Positions 57,971-64,000 of a stretch of DNA of 64,000 nt are shown here, one piece after another. This DNA comes from Eledone cirrhosa (lineage: Eukaryota): contig OZ024757.1 in NCBI GenBank assembly GCA_964016885.1, forward strand, positions 41,912,001 to 41,976,000. Reading direction: 5' to 3'. The position numbers were made by a program, and so were the translations under genes. The notes under the pieces were generated by a model. It had not been told where the DNA came from. It was given only the letters and a program-made list of their open reading frames with translations, and searched no databases. The stretch's first letter is position 1; every line of letters starts with the position of its first letter.

Positions 57971-58178
57971 TAAAAGGACGATTTATTATGTCTCCATTAC
58001 ATTTATTGAGTAGTGACACATGTTTTGCAACAGCTCATCATGCCTCTGTTGAGGTATGATGAGCTGTTGATTCCAGAGTCAGGCCAGATCAATACAGATC
58101 GAACCTTGAGCTGATCAATAGCCAAACACATGTCACTACTCAATAAACGTAATGGAGACACAGCAAATCGTCCTTTTA
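57971..58178. mobile_element. Foldback element with ~55-bp terminal inverted arms and a degenerate hammerhead
   Basis: 57971-58025 pairs with 58123-58178; internal 19-bp hairpin 58028-58069; embedded in (TA)n. Confidence 0.6.
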
Positions 58179-58191
58179 TAATTATTATTAT

Positions 58192-58242
58192 TATATATAT
58201 ATATATATAATATATAATATATATATATATATAATATATATA

Positions 58243-58283
<41 letters not shown>

Positions 58284-58306
58284 TATATATATAATATATA
58301 ATATAT

Positions 58307-58349
<43 letters not shown>

Positions 58350-58448
58350 ATATATATATAATATATATATAATATATAATATATATATAATATATAATAT
58401 ATATATATAATATATAATATATAATATATATATATATATATATAATAC

Positions 58449-58515
<67 letters not shown>

Positions 58516-58649
58516 ATATATATATAATATATATATATATAATATATATATATTATATATATATAATATATATATATAATATATATAATATATATAATAT
58601 ATATAATATATATATATATAATATATATATATATAATATATATATATAT

Positions 58650-58682
<33 letters not shown>

Positions 58683-58792
58683 ATATATATAATATAATAT
58701 ATATATATATATATTATATATATATATATTATATATTATATATATATTATATATTATATATATATTATATATTATATATATATTATATATTA
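58192..58792. repeat. Nearly pure A/T array ((TA)n with AA then TT phase shifts)
   Basis: About 600 bp almost devoid of G/C. Confidence 0.95.
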
Positions 58793-58882
58793 TCACATAT
58801 ATATATATATATACACATATATGAACATCTTTGATGATAGTTCTGTTCAATAAGGCCTGATCTGGCATTAATCATCATCATC

Positions 58883-58913
<31 letters not shown>

Positions 58914-59875
58914 TCAATATAAACCCTACCTTTACAATAGAACAACACTCAGCAAGCTGTGATAACGATGACATTAGCTACCATTGTGTCATCCAGGAGG
59001 AGAGACTTGGCTTATTTCATCCTTCTTGTCACCAACAGAACTGTCTTCAGTGTTGACAGGTTGTTGAACAACACAACACCACCCCACCTACCACACACCA
59101 ACACCAGCCCCCTACCACAGCTACACACACAGGCACCCAACACCAGCCCCCTACCACATTCACACACAGATACCAGCCTACAAACTCACACACACACTGG
59201 TACACACACATGTAGACACACGTAGTCACACACAGACACATACATATATAGACACACACACACACAGGTACATACACAGGTACACACACATATAGACACA
59301 CACACAGGTACACACACATAGACACACACACGCACACACAAGACAACAAACGAACTGAAAATGATACAATATTATTTATTGTGTTAATACTTTATCCCTG
59401 GGGCAGATACTGTGGTGGTGGGCATGGTGGGGTTGGTGTTGGTGGTGAAGGTGGTGTTGAAAGAGACAGAGAGTGAGACAGAGAGAGAAAGAGTGAGACA
59501 GGGAGAGAGAGGGGTATTAGAATGATACATCTACTGTAATCAGGTGGAATATCTTCAGGTATCGTTACCACCTGAGAAGTTGTGCGTGCAGAGAAATATG
59601 GCACCACCCTTCTCTCAGGACACAGTTGGGTGTAAAGGTGTCTGGCTGTGGTCGGGTGGTTCGATGTGAGTAGATTAATAAATATATGGCTGTATGTAGG
59701 TATGTGTGTCATTATGGTTCACACCTGAAGCAGGTTTCACCTGCCGCCAATGTTGTTACCTTAATTACTCAACTATAAGCTGATAAGAATATAAGTTGAC
59801 CCCACAATTTTATGCCTGAAATCCAGACCTTATTTTTGAAAGAATTTGAAGTTGGTAAAAAGTGTCAAAATATTG

Positions 59876-60033
59876 GTTTATGATTTAGGCACAAGGCCAG
59901 CAATTTTGAGGGAAGGGAAAGTCGATTAAATCTACCCCAGTGTATTACTGGTACTTTATTTTATCGACCTCGTAAGGATATAAGGCAAAGTTAACCTCGA
60001 CAGGATTTGAACTCAGATCGTAAAAGGGCCGTA
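59876..60033 (-). mobile_element. SINE family 1 copy flanked by an ~90-bp direct duplication inside an older MITE-like element (~59765-60212)
   Basis: agaccttatttttgaaagaatttgaa...gtcaaaatattg occurs on both sides. Confidence 0.6.
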
Positions 60034-60232
60034 GCCATTGACACTGAATATAAGCCAACCCCACGATTTTATGTCTCAGAAATAGGCAAAAATCTAGACC
60101 TTATTTTTGAAAGAATTTGAAAGTTGGTGGAAAAGGTCAAAATATTGACCACCCCAAATATAAGCTGACCACACTTCTACCATTGATTTTTTGGTCATTT
60201 ATTGGTCAGCTTATATATATACTCATAAATTT

Positions 60233-60264
<32 letters not shown>

Positions 60265-60639
60265 GCTTCCTGATTATTTCTACTGAATGAAACAGTTCTA
60301 GTCCTGTAGAAGCCATTTCTATATTGTGTATGTGTGTGTGTTTATGTATATATGTATGTATGTGTATTTCTGTATGTATACATTTATGTATGTGTATATA
60401 TATGTGTGTGAGTGTGAGATAAACACCTGGTGCCTCCAGCTACAGGTATTGTTTCTTAGAAAGGATAGACGGACAAGATATTTAAGGATTTGCATATTCT
60501 GGGTTGTGAGAGAAAATTAAGACAACAGCTAGAACAACAATAGTTATATTACTCCCAACAACAACATCACTACTACCACCACTACAAATGACAACAACAA
60601 CTATAATAACAACAGATATAACATCTCCACCACACAACC

Positions 60640-60671
<32 letters not shown>

Positions 60672-62129
60672 CACCAGCTAAGGTGTAATATTTAGTTTAT
60701 ATATATATAGTTATGTAATTAATTCATTTACCAGAGGTTTCTTGAAGACAGACATAAATATCTGTCTTCAAAAAAACAAATTTCTACAAATTTCATACTC
60801 TATTAGAATTCCCTACTTAACGCCAACACCTTTACGTTATATATATATATATATATATATATAATGTATAATAAACAATACAATATAATTACCTCATTAC
60901 CAGAGGTTTCCCGAATAAGATGAATACAAGAAACGTCAGACAAGGCAATTTAGCTCTGTAACTTACATAGAGCACTCTTCACTCCTAGGACTTTTTCAAT
61001 TTTCAACGGAAACTTCAATACTTATATACATATATATATATATGTATATACGGTGTCCCCCAAAATTATGTACACTTTGATTACTTTGCTGTTGAAGTCT
61101 GTATATATTTTTGGGGGACACCTTGTATATATATATTGTCTTTGTTTATTTATTTGTTTGTCGTTGTCGTTGTCGTTGTTGTTTTTAATCTGTTAATTAA
61201 TTCGAAATATTGTCGTTCGTTAGAGAGCTGCAAGGAATGTCAGGGAATTCTGTGAACTAGTTTCATTTCAATGAAGGAAGATTTTGAAAAGTGACCCAAG
61301 GTGAACATGAAAGAGGTGGGGGTGATTGGGGAGTAGTGGAGTGGGGGGTGAGAGCAGGAGGTAGTGGAGGTGGTGTATGTGGGGTGGGGGTGAGAGCAGG
61401 AGGTAGTGGAGGTGTGAGGAGAGGGTAAAGACCTTAGTTGCATCATAGGTATTTTTTCTTTTTGTTGGGGGCGTTTTTTAAGCCCCTTAGATAATCTCTT
61501 GAAATTAATAGGTATTATAAATGTGTGAGGGGTGTGTATGTATATATACATGTGTGCACGAGTTTATGTGTGTGTATGTACGTGTGTTTGTGTGTATATG
61601 TGTGTGTGTATTTGTAAGAGTATGTGTGTGTTTGCATGTATATGTGTGAAGATGATGGTGATGAAGATGATGATGGTGATGATGACGGGGAGGGGGTGTT
61701 TAAGACAATGGGGAGGGGTGTGATTTAAAAAGAATATTTGTCTACCATCTCTTGGACAATATAATAGTGACAACATAGAGAGTCTCTCTTTGTTGTCTGA
61801 TATGAAATGAGGTTATTTTACATAACATTAAGTGATCGAAGATGAAATAAACATCTACAGATCTAAAGATTATAGAACTTTGGTAACATAACAACAAACA
61901 TTACCCAAAAAAAACGAGGCCAGTCTTCAATAAAGTGAACCGACAGAGCAGGAATAACTAGTTTATATTATTTGAATAAACATTAAGTTAAGCAAAGTAA
62001 ATAGTAAAGTTATTAAAAACATTATATTTTTTTTTAATATTTATTTAAAAATAAAGATAAAATATATTCTATAATCTTTACAAAACTTCCCATAAAATAT
62101 TTGTATTAAATGATTCCATTAGCAGAATA

Positions 62130-62735
62130 AGGTAGCTAATTGACAGAGTCGTTAGAGCATCAGGTAGAATGATTTATGGCAGGCATGTTAAACTGAGGGT
62201 TCCCCGAGGGCCACATGGGTCACATAAGTGTCGCATATGTGTTGTCTGAGGGCCACACATTACAACTAATTTTTTAAATTTTATATTACGAAGCTAAAAC
62301 ATGCTTGCGCTGTAAAAACCTTTGTGTAGGTCGCAGGTGAGCTTGGAAAGGACTGCATGAGGGTCGCAGGTGAGCTTGGAAAGGACTGCATGAGGGCCGC
62401 AGGTGTGCTTGTAAAGGGCTGCATGTGACCCGCGGGCAGCATGTTTGACATGCCTGTTTTATGGTATTCATTCTGACTCTGAGTTCAAATCCTGCTGAGG
62501 TCAAATTTGTCTTTCATCCTTTCGAAGTCGATAAGAAGAAAAATACCAGTCTAGTACTGGGGTCTATTCTCTCTCTCTCTCTATCTATCTATCTATTTTT
62601 CTCTGGAAGAAATCTGCTGTACTCAGACCTGGAGAGGGAAGAGCTTCACCAGGCTTTAAATGCCCAAGAAATGCTGTATGTCAAATCAGCAAATCAACGC
62701 CCCTACGACTCTTTCAGGAGTTTCGGCTCCCTGCA
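62130..62735 (+). mobile_element. SINE family 1 plus 3' module, interrupted by a hAT MITE
   Basis: The SINE head ends at 62179 and resumes at 62457. Confidence 0.7.
62180..62456. mobile_element. hAT-type MITE
   Basis: TIR CAGGCATGTTAAAC / GTTTGACATGCCTG; 8-bp TSD atttatgg / ttttatgg; internal 33-bp tandem. Confidence 0.8.
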
Positions 62736-63381
62736 TACATTACCAGAATACATTTGTAGACCTTTCAACACAGAAGTACTTGCTGGTACAGAATTAGTCT
62801 CCTACAAACTAATAAAGAATTTAATAGTATTTTCTGAATATTAGGTAATGACTGAAAGAATACGAGCAGTTGAAATGGGATTCCTCCAAAGGGGCTTTGG
62901 AGAAATATTACTCGATAGTGATGATGATGGTGTTGTTGCTGTTGTTGGTGTTAGTCACCATCATCACCACCACCACCATCACCACCACCACCACCACCAC
63001 CACCATCATCACCTCACTATCATCACCACCGCCATCATTATTATCATCTCACCATTTCATCACTATCACCATCACTAGCACTACATCACTACTATCACCA
63101 CCACAACCACCACTACTATCACCACCACACCACCACCTCCACTACTATCACCACCACACCACCACCATCATCTCACCATTTCATCACTTCCATCACTTCC
63201 AAACTTTATCTCTTATCTCATCCTCTACTGACCTTTACACCACAGATGGAACATTCTGGACATTTTTTAATAAATACTACAGGAAAATGTTAAACATAAT
63301 TACTTTGGTAAAGACTGAACAACAACAACAGCAGCAACAGCTGTTGTAATTATAATAACAATAATAACAATAATAATAATA

Positions 63382-63505
63382 ATGGTTTCTACTGTAGACA
63401 CAAGGCCAGCAATTTTGGGGGAAGGGGAAAGTTGATTAAATTGACCCCAGTACATTACTGGTACTTTATTTTATCGACCCTGTAAGGGTAAATGAAAAAG
63501 TTGAT
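63382..63505 (-). mobile_element. SINE family 1 3' half
   Basis: Core similarity. Confidence 0.65.
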
Positions 63506-63554
63506 GGTATACATGGTAAGGAAATATTTTAGGTGTTGTAGGACCAAGGGTTAA

Positions 63555-63781
63555 CCCTTTAGTTACCAACCTGGCCAAAACCAGCTCTGGTTCTATGAAA
63601 TAAAATCACACATTTTAAAGGATTCGAATTTAAATTTATATCTTCCAACATAATTTTCTAGGTTGATGTTTACTATCTTAGTAATGAAATAATTAATAAT
63701 TTTAGTAAATCCCTCAAAATTCTTCATAAATTAATTAATTAAAATAGAGTGTATTTCATTAGAAATGCAGTCATGAAAGGA
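63555..63781. mobile_element. Second piggyBac-type MITE family
   Basis: TTAA-CCCTTT...AAAGGA-TTAA ends; different interior from the main family. Confidence 0.5.
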
Positions 63782-64000
63782 TTAAATTATTCCAGTATTT
63801 TAACCAAAGTCTAAAGTTTCAATCAGTCTTTAAAGTCTATTGTAAACCAGACTTTCTCGCCATGAAAGAATTAAATCAAAATAACTGGAAGAATAACAAC
63901 AATAACAACAATAATAAAAGAATAACAAACTTACATGGAGGAGATATAAGTAAGAAGAAGATGGAGAAGTGTGTCTGTTGCTGGTGGCGGTATTGGTAGT

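Overview
AT-rich, repeat-dense eukaryotic genomic DNA. The repeat landscape (very long (TA)n/(TACA)n arrays, tRNA-type SINEs, RTE LINE tails ending in (GAT)n, TTAGGG-like repeats) suggests an invertebrate, probably an octopus/coleoid cephalopod; this is inference. Only one convincing protein-coding region is present: a 470-aa inward-rectifier K+ channel (Kir) encoded in one exon on the minus strand (30597-32009). It has a splice acceptor and a poly-Met uORF upstream, a splice donor 9 nt after its TGA stop, a candidate promoter/first exon at ~48.5-48.7 kb and a candidate recursive splice site at ~45.0 kb. Nearly all other listed ORFs are microsatellite artefacts or LINE fragments. The most striking non-coding signal is a set of short (TA)n-embedded, Penelope-like elements carrying minimal type-I hammerhead ribozyme motifs. 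Four have both core motifs, all on the Kir-sense strand. A six-copy family keeps only the 3' half of a hammerhead-like motif and is truncated or folded back at the inferred stem II. piggyBac-, hAT- and Tc1/mariner-type MITEs are also present, and several long inverted repeats bracket the channel exon.
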